Assembly: GCA_051294375.1 (NCBI GenBank)
Contig: CM119270.1
Span: 3,157,436 to 3,221,403, forward strand
Reading direction: 5' to 3'
Origin: Paraspadella gotoi
Lineage: Eukaryota; Animalia; Chaetognatha
DNA: 63,968 bases
Positions 48,101 through 58,303 of the stretch are shown one piece after another (position 1 is the stretch's first letter; every line of letters begins with the position of its first letter). The notes under the pieces were generated by a model, which was not told where the DNA came from, did not search any database, and saw only the letters and a program-made list of their open reading frames with translations. A program made the position numbers and the translations under genes.

Positions 48101-51024
48101 TATTTAGCAAAAAGTCCATTTTTTACCATTTTTTTCCATTTTTATCAAAGTTGGCAGCATTTACTGTAAATTTTTTTTTGAAAAAAAATGTTCAAAAAAT
48201 TCATATGATGTACGGGCACCTTTTACACAATACTCGTTTTTTGATTTTTCAAAACTTTTCATATATGGCAAGGTCTAGTGCTGAATTTTAAAAGATTTAA
48301 TGGCAAACTGAAAATAACAGTACAAAAGTAACATGATACAAACCTGGACTAAATCTTTGTAATAATAATAAAGGGTCTCCACCAAAGGTCCGGGTTCGGA
48401 AACGAGCAAAACTTGATTATCATCTTGACGAATGACCTTGAGATATTCGTTCCGGGTCAAACGGTCGATGATTTCCTACAAAAATGGATACAAGATGAAA
48501 ATAAGATGATATTACATCGACCAGAATTAAGTAATACAATCGAGTAAAATGTAGTTTCAAAATAACTTTTTACACGGCTTCGTCTTGCCTGAAAGAAAAT
48601 AGGCCTATTGAAATTGGTCATCGACTGTTCGCAGATCTTGGAGTGAATGACGACAGACGAACGACCCACGTAACAGTAGAACTTCTGCTCCTCGATGCTG
48701 TAACGCGCGCGCCACCGAGCGTTGCATTTTCTGAAGACGGAAAGGAGGGAAGATATGTCTTACTGATTAATGATATATTAATAACGATGAACATTGAACA
48801 TTTTTAACAGTTTTCAATTAAGCCGCTCACGTGAAAACATCGGAGAGGAACATTTCGCTGTCCCTCACGGCGAACTTGTGGACGTTCTCTTTGGTCATCT
48901 TCATGATCTCCGCGAGAAGACGTTCCTCCGGTTTGGCGTTGGCGGGGTCCACCTCCAGGCCGAGTTTCTCCGGCGCCGGGTCTTCCGAGCGACTCCGCCG
49001 CCTCTTCGACGGACTCTTGTGTCGCGAACGGCGCCGGCGGTGATGATGAGAGTCGGAGGACGACGCCGAGGGATCCTCGGCGCCCGGCGGCGGATCCGCC
49101 GCGGCGGAGGCGGCGGGCTGCGGCGTTGGAGCCCCGTAAGGAAGAACACCGGGGACGGACATCGAAGGAGGAGGAACGTTGGTCGGCGGAGGGTAGGGGA
49201 AACCCGGAGGTGGGTTAGGGTATCCATGATTAGGAGCGTAAGGGTTGGGAAAGCCGGGATAGCCGGGAAAACCGGCCGGATATCCGGGATAATTGGCATA
49301 GTAGGGTTGTCCCGGATAGTACTGGCCCGGAAAACCCGGCGGCGCGGCGAAGGGAGAAGGAAGTGCAGGGTTTAGTCCCGTTCCCCCTGCGGCGGCAGCA
49401 GCGGCTGCTGCGGCTGCTGCGGCCATGCCCGCGGTCGTCGGAGTCCACGCCGCCGGCGTTGGAGTGTAAGTGTAACCTGTGGTTGGGGGGGCGGTCGACG
49501 CCGCTTGAGTCACAGGAGCTGTCGCCATTGCTGCTGCTGCTGCTGCCGCCGCCGCCGCCGATGCCGACGACGACGACACCTCTTGTTCCGGCTGCTGTTG
49601 GGATCGACGAGCTTCGTCCTCTTCCTCTTCAGTCTTGGACGGCGTAGACGGATTCTGCGAAGAGACGTCCGCCGACTGCAAGGGTTTGGCCGACGGCTCC
49701 GCCGCCTTCATCTTGATGCAAAAGTGGAGGATGTGGCCCCTCTCCTTGCAGTAGTCGCAAACGGGCATGTCCTTGTTCGGGACGCGTCGCTCTTTGCACA
49801 AGAGGTCGTAACGAAAGCTGCCATCGACGGCGGCTTCGTAGGTCTCGAACAGCGACGCCTTGTGACCGCCGCTCCGACGCTCCCTCACGTGAAGATAGTC
49901 GCAAGAACGGACGGTCTCCACCAACTCGCGGAATCCCTCCATCTCGGCTTCTTGAGGGAGCTTGCCTTCACCGACGACCATTTGGATGTCGTCGAGGAAA
50001 AGGCGGAACACGTAGACACCGGCTTCGTTGTCGTAGTCCATGTCGAGTTTATACTGAAGGAGAAAAAGACAGTGAAATTGGGAAAGACAGGACTAAGTAC
50101 AAAGGAAAAAAGGAGGGAAAATGATTGTACTGAATGAATGATTTGAAAAAAAGAATGAATCAATCAATGAAATGAGAGAAAGATGTGTTTGTAAAAGAAA
50201 AAAGAGAGAGAGAGAGAGAGCGTACTCAGCCAACCTTAAAAGAAAAAAGAGAGAGAGAGAGAGAGAGTACTCAGCCAACCTTAAAAGAAAAAAGAGAGAG
50301 AGAGAGAGAGAGAGCGTACTCAGCCAACCTTAACTGCTTCGGCGCCGACGGCCATCATAGTAATGCTCTTGTATTCCGTTGTTTTGATGGGAGAGATCTT
50401 GATGCTCAACATGACCTCGGCGACCAATCTCGTTCGGTTACAAGCAATGGTGGAGGGAGAGAGATGCTTCACAGCCGGGGCGCACAAGACCTCGAACGAC
50501 TGCAGCGGAGGGACGATAAGCACCTCCTCGTCCTCGGCTTCCGCGCCTTTTCGGCGCTGGTGCTGCGCGGACGGCGCCGCTGTCTCGTCCTCTGAGTCAT
50601 GTCGCGCTCGCTTTCGGAAATCTCGAAAATCGTCGTCGTACAAATCGGGCGAACGGGAGGCGGCGCGGCCGAGACGCTCCTCTGTTTCGTGTCCCCTTTC
50701 TGAGTCGAGGTAGCGGCGGCGATCGTCCTCCAAGGTGTGACGAAGATCGATTCGATCGTCGTAAGAGACTCGGTCGTCGCCTATGCGTTCCTCTCGGCGG
50801 TCGTAACGTTCGTCATCGTCATAAAAGTCGTCTCGCCGAGACCGCGAGTGAGACGCCGAGGAGCGTCGCTTCGCCTCGTAGGCTGCGGCGTCGTCTTCCT
50901 CGTAACGATCCCGACGATGGGAGCTTCCGCCGCCGCCGCCATCGTCGTCTCCGAGTCCAAAAATATCGTCCTCAAAATCTTCAAAGGTCTCTTCCTCAGA
51001 GGGATGGAATCGAATGTGGGCCAT
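45124..51024 (-). CDS. Uncharacterised putative RNA-binding protein: RD/RS-rich N-terminus, three divergent ~110-130 aa repeats, CCHC zinc knuckle, Pro/Tyr/Gly region, RE-rich tail
   Basis: Five exons join in frame (one junction GC-AG); CDYCKERGHILHFC knuckle; internal repeats ending in SCDYLHV / RNEYLKV / CSDYLKL. Confidence 0.7.
46211..48277. mobile_element. hAT-like foldback element (~890-bp inverted arms) inside an intron
   Basis: Termini TAGACCTTGCCATATATG...CATATATGGCAAGGTCTA with perfect 8-bp target duplication GTGCTGAA (46203-46210, 48278-48285); arms ~46211-47100 and ~47385-48277. Confidence 0.92.
50193..50332 (-). repeat. Three tandem copies of a splice-donor + (CT)n unit in intron 1 of the 45124-51024 gene
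   Basis: The minus strand reads AAG|GTTGGCTGAGTA(cg)(CT)nTTTTTTCTTTT three times. Confidence 0.85.
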
Positions 51025-51234
51025 CGTCAACGATCGTGACAAAAGAAGAGACGAAATCGAATGTTTACTTTACGTTTAAACTTTGATCTATCGGGTGATT
51101 GACAAACGATAAAAAAATAAAAAAATAATACCTAAAATAATGCTAAAATGGGAACAACTAAAAATTTCAAAAGTTTCCTGGCAACAAATACCAATTGTAA
51201 ATTAAATGATTGAAACCGATTAGTATCAAAATAA

Positions 51235-52443
51235 TTAGCCAACCCCATGAAGGTTACCAGACACCGAGGGTTTTTCTTTCTTATCCAAAGCTGCTAAGAA
51301 TTCCAAGTTATCTCTAAAAGCTTCGGTCAACTGCGGAAATTCTGCGTTGAGCGCTTCGATTTGCTCTTCCTCGCTCGAGGCTTTCTGGATCTCGGGGGCC
51401 CCGCTGATGACGATTTTGACGTGGCCGTGCTCGTCCTGGTCCCGCTGCACGTGACAACGCACGCGCTTTCTCCGCTTAAAAACAAAGTAATGACCGTTTC
51501 GTTGACTGAAGCCGCCGATAAAGCAGGCCCGACGCGCCAGATCGGCAAAAGCCACATTCAACGCATCTTTCGTTCGCTCCTCATCGGTCAAAGGAGAAAG
51601 AGACGCGAAACGGTGAAGGGGGAACCAATGACCGTTTGCCACTGCACTCAAGGTAGGTATGCCTGTCGTCATCACGGGTTCGTTAGACAAGAAATTGACG
51701 AGCCATGGGGTCTTGTTAACGTCGTTCTGCAAAGCTCGAACGTCTCGGAGAATCAATGGAGACAGCTGTTCCCTGAAAATTATAAATATTGAAATTTAAT
51801 TTTATCAGAGAAAGAGCATTTAAATCAATACGGGTAACAGAAGGAAATACAGAAGAAAGAAAAAAAAGAGAACGCACTCTGCGGATCCATTGAGCCTTTC
51901 CAAGAACCCAGTTATGCTGTTGTTGCTGACGAACTGATAGCGCGCGTGGACGTCTTCAACGAGGTCGGAGGCGGCTGCGGTGGAGGCGGTGTTGATCTCG
52001 ATGAGGCGCATGATGGGGACGATGGACCCGACGTCGAAGTAAAAGAGGTCGTTGGGTCGACGAATTCCGCGGACAAGAATCGCCACGTGAATCCCGTCGT
52101 TCATTTGAGGCCCCGAAAGCGGGAAAGCCTTGATCAAGTGGGACTGGAAGCCCAAGGAGCGAAGAAACTCGTTCATGTATCCGTTATTGAACCCGCAGGA
52201 TCCGCCGGTCGAGTCATTCATCCCGGCCTCCAACTCGTCCATGGAGTAGTCGAGGAAAGGATTTCCCCTCTTCAGCCTCCGCGCCAAGTGAACCGTGTTG
52301 AAGGGGATGTTGAGGCGAAAAGCTCTGACGAGGTGATCGAGGAATTTGACGGGATCATTGCGGAGGAGATGTTCGGGCTCGACGAATTTGAGCTTGTCGA
52401 TGAGGAAGCGGCTCTGGGCCAGAGTCATCGACTTTAGCGCCAT
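51235..52443 (-). CDS. Arylamine N-acetyltransferase family protein, 2 exons
   Basis: IPFNTV, GGSCGFNN..LRSLGF (Cys), IHVAILV (His) and YFDVG (Asp) catalytic triad; GT-AG intron ~51773-51877. Confidence 0.82.
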
Positions 52444-52676
52444 TGTCAGTCAGATTCAGCGATTCAGCCGCCGATTAGTTCATTGTAAATTTATAATAAA
52501 TTCCTAGAAAAAAATAATATAAAATTAATATGTAATACAAAAGGCGTTTAAGTACTCGAAAAACTTTGGAAAGACGTTAGCTAATAAATCACAGTCTTTT
52601 GTAAATAATTGATAATGAAATTAGGGAGCATTTCAACTGTCATGCATAAAGAAATTGTGGTGAAGTTTTCGTTAAG

Positions 52677-54401
52677 TTACCAAGACTGAGCGGGCAGCAT
52701 TGGGTCGGTGATGAGAACAAGCTCGTCCTTACCACTTTCCATGAAGGCCCAAAAATAAGCCTTACTCTTACAGATGCCCTCTTTCTCGAGAATGGATCTC
52801 ACGTCCTCGGCATCCAAGGCTTGAGGATCCAAAAAACATTCCAAGCTGCGACTTTTGTTGTAGACGTAAAACTTTTCCGTCGGTGAAATTTTCGGCTCCG
52901 AAAGAAGGAGGCAACCGTTTTCGTCGCGCTTCTCCGTTTCATCCAGAGTGACCTTCGCTTGAATCTTGAGCACGAGGTTTCCTTCGGAGGCCGTCTCGGC
53001 GCAATGGGCGTCGTAAAGCCGCTTCATCATAATTTGGACCTCTTCTTTCTCTTCCTTCTTTCCTCCTCTGTCTCTACGACCCTTTTCTTTCGGAAAGCAA
53101 TGTTGCTTCATGAGCTTGGCCCGCAGATCGGGAATACAGAGGGTATAATTTTTATCTTGCACAATTTTAAGCCTCTTATGACTCTGGCGATAATATTTGC
53201 AGGTCTTCTTGTGATTCTTCCAATCTGCCTTTTGGCACTCTGCCCCGCAGTAATGCGAGACGCGACATCCGGAGCACCTGTTGAGTCCTTTGGTGACGCG
53301 ACACTTGGCGCAGGCGGCGCGCGGCTTCTCCGCGCAGAGGTGCTTGTGAAATACGGCTATAATCTCACGGAAGTTTTCGGCCAGGGAATAAGGGGTGCAC
53401 CCGTCGTTGTCCTTTACATTGGGATCTGCCCCGTGGGACAGCAAGACGTCTACCATCTCGACAGACTGGAACATGACGGCGTCGTGGAGAGCGACGGTAC
53501 CGTAAACGGATCTTAAGTCGGGGTCAGCGCCCTTCTTGAGAAGATAATCCGCCAGTTCCGGCTGAGGGGAGTGAGCGCCCGCGTACATGAGCGCAGTGTA
53601 GCCGGATTTGTCGCGGGCGTCGAGTCTGACTCCGTTGTCAAAGAGGAAATCGATAACACCTTTGTAGCGCTCGATCGTCTCCTCGGTCGTGCAGGTGGTG
53701 GTGACAGGCTTCAAACGTTGGATCCCGTGAATAGTCCAATGGACGATGGGGTTTTTGATTCGCCCGAATCTGTGGCTTTTCATATCGGGTTGCCAAATCT
53801 TTTTCAGTCCCTCCAGATCTCCAATCATCACCAGTTGAGCGAAATCAGGGAGAGAGAAAATATGGAGTTCGAGCCCGGCACGGTTCTGCTGATCCCTGGT
53901 GGTTCTGTCGCTGCCATCTAATCCCCTGACTGAGGGCCACACCTTATCCTCGCTACGAATCTCCCTCAATTTGGAAGGGAGAACTTCGTGATTGGGAATC
54001 ATCTTCAGGCCCAAAAGGACCGCCACCTCCGCTCTTCCGTACTGACCCAAACTATGTTCGGCCGAAAACAAACGCAAATATGCATCAGCGCAGATAGGAT
54101 TTAAAAGAATAGCGCGTCTCGCGTCATCGCGAGCCAGAACATAACAACCCTTTTCGCGGTGAACTGCAGAGCGACGGACGAGCGCGAGAATCAACGCGGC
54201 CGACGGCTCCGTCGCCGTCTCCACGACTTCCGTCAGGATCTTTAGCGCTCTGTCCAAATCGCAATTCTCGGCCGCGAGAGATGCCTCGCGGATCCTACGG
54301 TCGCTGGATGCGTCGACTTGAAGAGACGACGGGTAAGTGTACTTCTTTTGAATCGTCCTCACCCGGTCGAAGGTAAAGGATTCCACATCCGGGAATTCCA
54401 T
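52677..54401 (-). CDS. TPR + ankyrin repeat + MYND zinc-finger protein, single exon
   Basis: TPR-like (RRSAVHREKGCYVLARDDARRAILLNP), ankyrins (DKSGYTALMYA, GTVALHDAV, GADPNVKDNDGCTP) and MYND CAKC..CSGCRVSHYCGAECQKADWKNHKKTC. Confidence 0.88.
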   Translation of the reverse strand: MEFPDVESFTFDRVRTIQKKYTYPSSLQVDASSDRRIREASLAAENCDLDRALKILTEVVETATEPSAALILALVRRSAVHREKGCYVLARDDARRAILLNPICADAYLRLFSAEHSLGQYGRAEVAVLLGLKMIPNHEVLPSKLREIRSEDKVWPSVRGLDGSDRTTRDQQNRAGLELHIFSLPDFAQLVMIGDLEGLKKIWQPDMKSHRFGRIKNPIVHWTIHGIQRLKPVTTTCTTEETIERYKGVIDFLFDNGVRLDARDKSGYTALMYAGAHSPQPELADYLLKKGADPDLRSVYGTVALHDAVMFQSVEMVDVLLSHGADPNVKDNDGCTPYSLAENFREIIAVFHKHLCAEKPRAACAKCRVTKGLNRCSGCRVSHYCGAECQKADWKNHKKTCKYYRQSHKRLKIVQDKNYTLCIPDLRAKLMKQHCFPKEKGRRDRGGKKEEKEEVQIMMKRLYDAHCAETASEGNLVLKIQAKVTLDETEKRDENGCLLLSEPKISPTEKFYVYNKSRSLECFLDPQALDAEDVRSILEKEGICKSKAYFWAFMESGKDELVLITDPMLPAQSW

Positions 54402-55185
54402 GTTAAGTATACGAGGACTGGAGAATAAGGGAACGCCGCGCCTGGAAAACCGAGGAATAAGAAAACCGAAGTGAATTGTAAGAATATAAAGTAGAGAGAA
54501 ATAAAGTAATAAATTTACAAAAACGGCCATCAAAAAGCGAATTAAAAACATTAAAAAACCATGAAAAAACATGAAAAAACATTTGAAAAAGTTCCAAGAT
54601 ATTAATCATTGACAGCAGTGGAGGTCGCCATGACAGAAGCGGAACAAAAAAAATTCAAAAGAAACAAAAGACAAACTGAATAAATGTCATAATATAAAAA
54701 CAATGATAAAAGACTGAATCATTAAATCATTAAATATCAATTTTAAATTGAATTATTATTGTTTTAAAATGATTCTTCATTTTAAATAAATACGACTGGT
54801 AGATGGTTTTGCGTGTTGCGTGATATATTTACAACTATATTTATGTTTTATGAAAAAATAATGTCAGCACTCAGCAGGTCCTAATCTAATGATTAAACTT
54901 AGCCATGCATGGATACTTCAATTACTAAATTTGAACTAGACGCAGAATGTGATTCGAGGTTGTCAATTTTTCAATACACGATGTAGATAATAGATATAAT
55001 ATTTTATAAGGACAATAATCTGTTCATCATAACGTGAAGGAATCTTTTTTCCAACTCTATGATCCATCTCATATTCTAGCATTATTTTTTTTTAAGTTGT
55101 TTTCTGGCGACTGAGTTCTTCTTCCTAGAGAGAATCTCCGCTTCTTATTTTTTTTTCTTCCTCGTCTTCCTTCCTCTCCTCTTCC

Positions 55186-55309
55186 CTAGTTCCCTCCTCC
55201 TCCTCCTCCTCCGCCCATAGAGCTCATGGACGAAAGCCGTCGCGTTGCACTTTTGCAACAAGAGAAGCAACAGCGAATCCGTGTGCTCGTTCGTCGCAGT
55301 CGTCGCCTG

Positions 55310-55310
<1 letters not shown>
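55186..55310 (-). other. Probable terminal exon of a further minus-strand gene
   Basis: Poly-T + AG acceptor followed by the GC-rich frame RRRLRRTSTRIRCCFSCCKSATRRLSSMSSMGGGGGGGN-stop. Confidence 0.35.
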
Positions 55311-55344
<34 letters not shown>

Positions 55345-56037
55345 GGTTTCTTTACCAGATTTTTTTTTTATAATCGTTTCCTTTCCGCTTTTTTTTTTCA
55401 CGAGGCTTTTTTTTTCTCACCGAGGATGTTTTCCAGGTTTCAATCAGTGACTCGACACACATTTGCATAAATTCACGGTCGTCGCAGACTTTTTTTTTCG
55501 AATTTTCTTTTTCCTTCGACGGACGTCGTGACGCGGAGTACGAATATTTTGCTTCGAAAATGCCAAGACACGGTCGATTCTCGGAAAAGAGCGATGGGTT
55601 TTATTTTCTTCTGGCACTCTGCTCTAAAAACTGACTTTTTGGATTAAACCTTATTAATTTTTTTCATCTATTTCCAGTTGAAGCGTATTTTTCGATCGCC
55701 TTGAATAATCTTACGGTTGTAAAATGTACATATTAGTTTCGGCTGAATGACGGAAAACAATTATTAGCATTAAATATTGTGTGAAATCCTTTCTTTCGTT
55801 GTTTTGGATTGAGAAAAAGTTTTAATTAGAGTCAACAACGATTTATTGTGAGAGAGTGTACATGTTTAGACTTTAAATTCAGAATAGATTTAAATAAAAA
55901 AAATTCAAAAATAAATTAAACTGATTTTCGACTTTCTACTTCCTCGAACGCAGTTTAACTATCAAAACAATATTTCAATCAATAATTTTTGGATGTCACT
56001 CTCTGTCTCTCTCTCTCTCTCTCTCTTTCTCGTCTCT

Positions 56038-56114
<77 letters not shown>

Positions 56115-56243
56115 GTTTTCTTCTGACACCAGCGGAAAAAAAACCGAGGTGCGATTAGATTTAAATCCTCGACTTTCTTCTTTTTTCCTTCCAATCGGTT
56201 TGTCACTGATTGATCACGCAATCACCCAGTCACAAAGACTTCC

Positions 56244-56281
<38 letters not shown>

Positions 56282-56792
56282 TCTCTCTCTCTCCATACTC
56301 TTTCATGTAATTCCACTACGAGGTGAAACTCGTTCCGAAGCCGAAGCCGAAGCCTCTTCAAAAATTCACGACTTTGGCAGAGCATCGCGTTTTGGGGCGA
56401 AGAGAGGGCAGGGGCGCCTTAAGCTTAATAGTTATTGAGATTGTTATAAAATTCTAAGTAGTTTGGTTGAAGCAGGTGAGGGATGCAGTAAACTTACGGA
56501 TTATATAATTATTGATGAAAAGTTTTCTCATATTTTTCTGTTCCATAGCAAAATCTACCAAGAAAAAAAAAAGCTTCAATTTCCTAATACTTGTATTTGG
56601 AAATGAATGTCGGAATTAAGGAGTATACTAAACTATTTGAAACCTGAGCATTAAACTACATTTAGTTTATAAGCTTTTCATTATGATGATGGCGTCTGAA
56701 TAAATACTACGTCGTCACTATGAGAATTTTAGATAAGTGATGTTTCCGTCGATAATGGAGGCCATTAAGAAATACGGAAAGAGAGTAGATGC

Positions 56793-56842
<50 letters not shown>

Positions 56843-56969
56843 CGACAGAGAGAGAGAGAGAGAGCGAGCACAAAGCTCCCAAAAAGGTGGAGGAAATTGC
56901 TCATTAGGGGTTATATGGCAGGTTTAAGGTTACAAAGTATTAGAGAAAGAAAAGAATTTTGACATGTTG

Positions 56970-57001
56970 GACATGTTTCGGCTTGTTTACTTCAAGCCTT
57001 C
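56970..57001 (-). ncRNA. 5'-truncated Penelope-type hammerhead motif
   Basis: Minus strand GA-A-GGCTTG-aagtaaa-CAAGCC-GAAA-CATG-TC, same family as 42336-42380; the CUGA core is lost. Confidence 0.5.
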
Positions 57002-57156
57002 TCTAATACCAATAAACAACGAAAAAGAAAGGATTATCGCATCAGGTTACAAAGTATAATTGTAGTATTTCCTTTCTTTTCGTTGCGTTGGAAGACGTTT
57101 ACAAAGTAGCGGAGTTTTTATTGGCATAAGCTATAACAACGATATTTTTTAAATTT

Positions 57157-57194
57157 CGTACATGTTTCGGTTCTGATTCGAACCTTCATCAGCG
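57157..57194 (-). ncRNA. Minimal type I hammerhead ribozyme motif (Penelope-like)
   Basis: Minus strand cg-CTGATGA-A-GGTTC-gaatca-GAACC-GAAA-CATG-TA-cg: intact core, 5-bp helix II, palindromic CATG helix III loop, GUA cleavage triplet. Confidence 0.7.
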
Positions 57195-57505
57195 CAGGTA
57201 AAACCTGGTTATGCCAATAAAAACTCTGCTACTTTGTAAACATAAATAAATGTATGTTGGCATTTCAATTTGAAATTTTTAAGGTGTTCATGAATTAATC
57301 AGAGAGAGACGATAGGCTCAAGAAGAACAGAATCCAAAATCTAATAAGTTCATTGTTGGAATTAAAGAAAATCTTTGTTTTTTTTTTTTGGCTCGAAATC
57401 AGAGAAGAAAAAATAGAAAGTGAGAGAAAGTGGAAGAGGTCAATAGATCACGTTTCGGTCACTAAGTCTCTCTGTCTTTTAGAATTGGACGCATTTGTCC
57501 ATGGA

Positions 57506-57741
57506 TGTATGGTGGACTAAAATCCACCAACCATTCATCAGCGGCCATTGGTGCCGGAGGCAAGTCATTCGCCTCCCAACCCAAAGATCCGGGGTTCTAG
57601 CCCGGTGGCCGCCTAGCAGTTAAGAGGGACGGGGCGCTTAACCCGCCTGTAACATGGTGTTACAGCCTGATCCGAAGCTCAGGGACTGCTTATATTGAAC
57701 GGTTCTGTCATTTACACATAACAATTATCACTGTCTCTTCA
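57506..57741 (+). mobile_element. tRNA-derived SINE-like repeat, copy 2
   Basis: GCGGCCA(57541)...TGGCCGC(57612) acceptor stem, CTCCCAA (Gly-CCC-like) loop and GGTTCTAGCCC B-box-like motif; inverted copy at 22888-23123. Confidence 0.8.
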
Positions 57742-58257
57742 GTTGTCTGTTTCTCGTGAGTTTTTGGCGGCTGTAAAACTCAAACAATTTAAAACAATTT
57801 AACTATGATTGTTCAAAACCTTCAGTATAAATTACGCAAAGTAAAAATTAAACTGTATTTCATTAAAATATCCCTGAAACTCACAAAATATGTTACGTAT
57901 CTCCCTGAGTTTAATTAATAAACTGGGCACCGAAACGTTCCTTGTTCATTCAATTTGTTTAATCTACTTTGGCTCTGGCTTTCGCTCGTCTTGATCGCCG
58001 CTTCATCAAAGTCGAAAGATGGCTCCACCTTCTCTTTCCTCCGACGTCTAAATTAACGCGGAAGCCAAATGAGATTCTGGAGGAAAAAAAATGGAATCAA
58101 AACAACACGAGATGCAGCCACAGCATCCACAGCATCAGCGGCGTCTAAAGCATCAGCGGCATCTACAGCATCCGAAGAAGCTAACTCGACGCTCCTTCCC
58201 CCTGAGTTTAAGCGCAAGGGAGATTGCTCAATCCATTTGGCATCTCTTTCCACGCAA

Positions 58258-58303
<46 letters not shown>

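Noticed and set aside
414-54000. Numerous long plus-strand ORFs (e.g. 27272-28264, 45070-46185, 4585-5166)
   Set aside because: They are antisense shadows of GC-rich minus-strand exons, with no recognisable domains or splice structure.
57541-57612. Functional tRNA-Gly(CCC) gene
   Set aside because: The anticodon stem and D arm do not pair and the T loop is out of register; it is embedded in a dispersed repeat.
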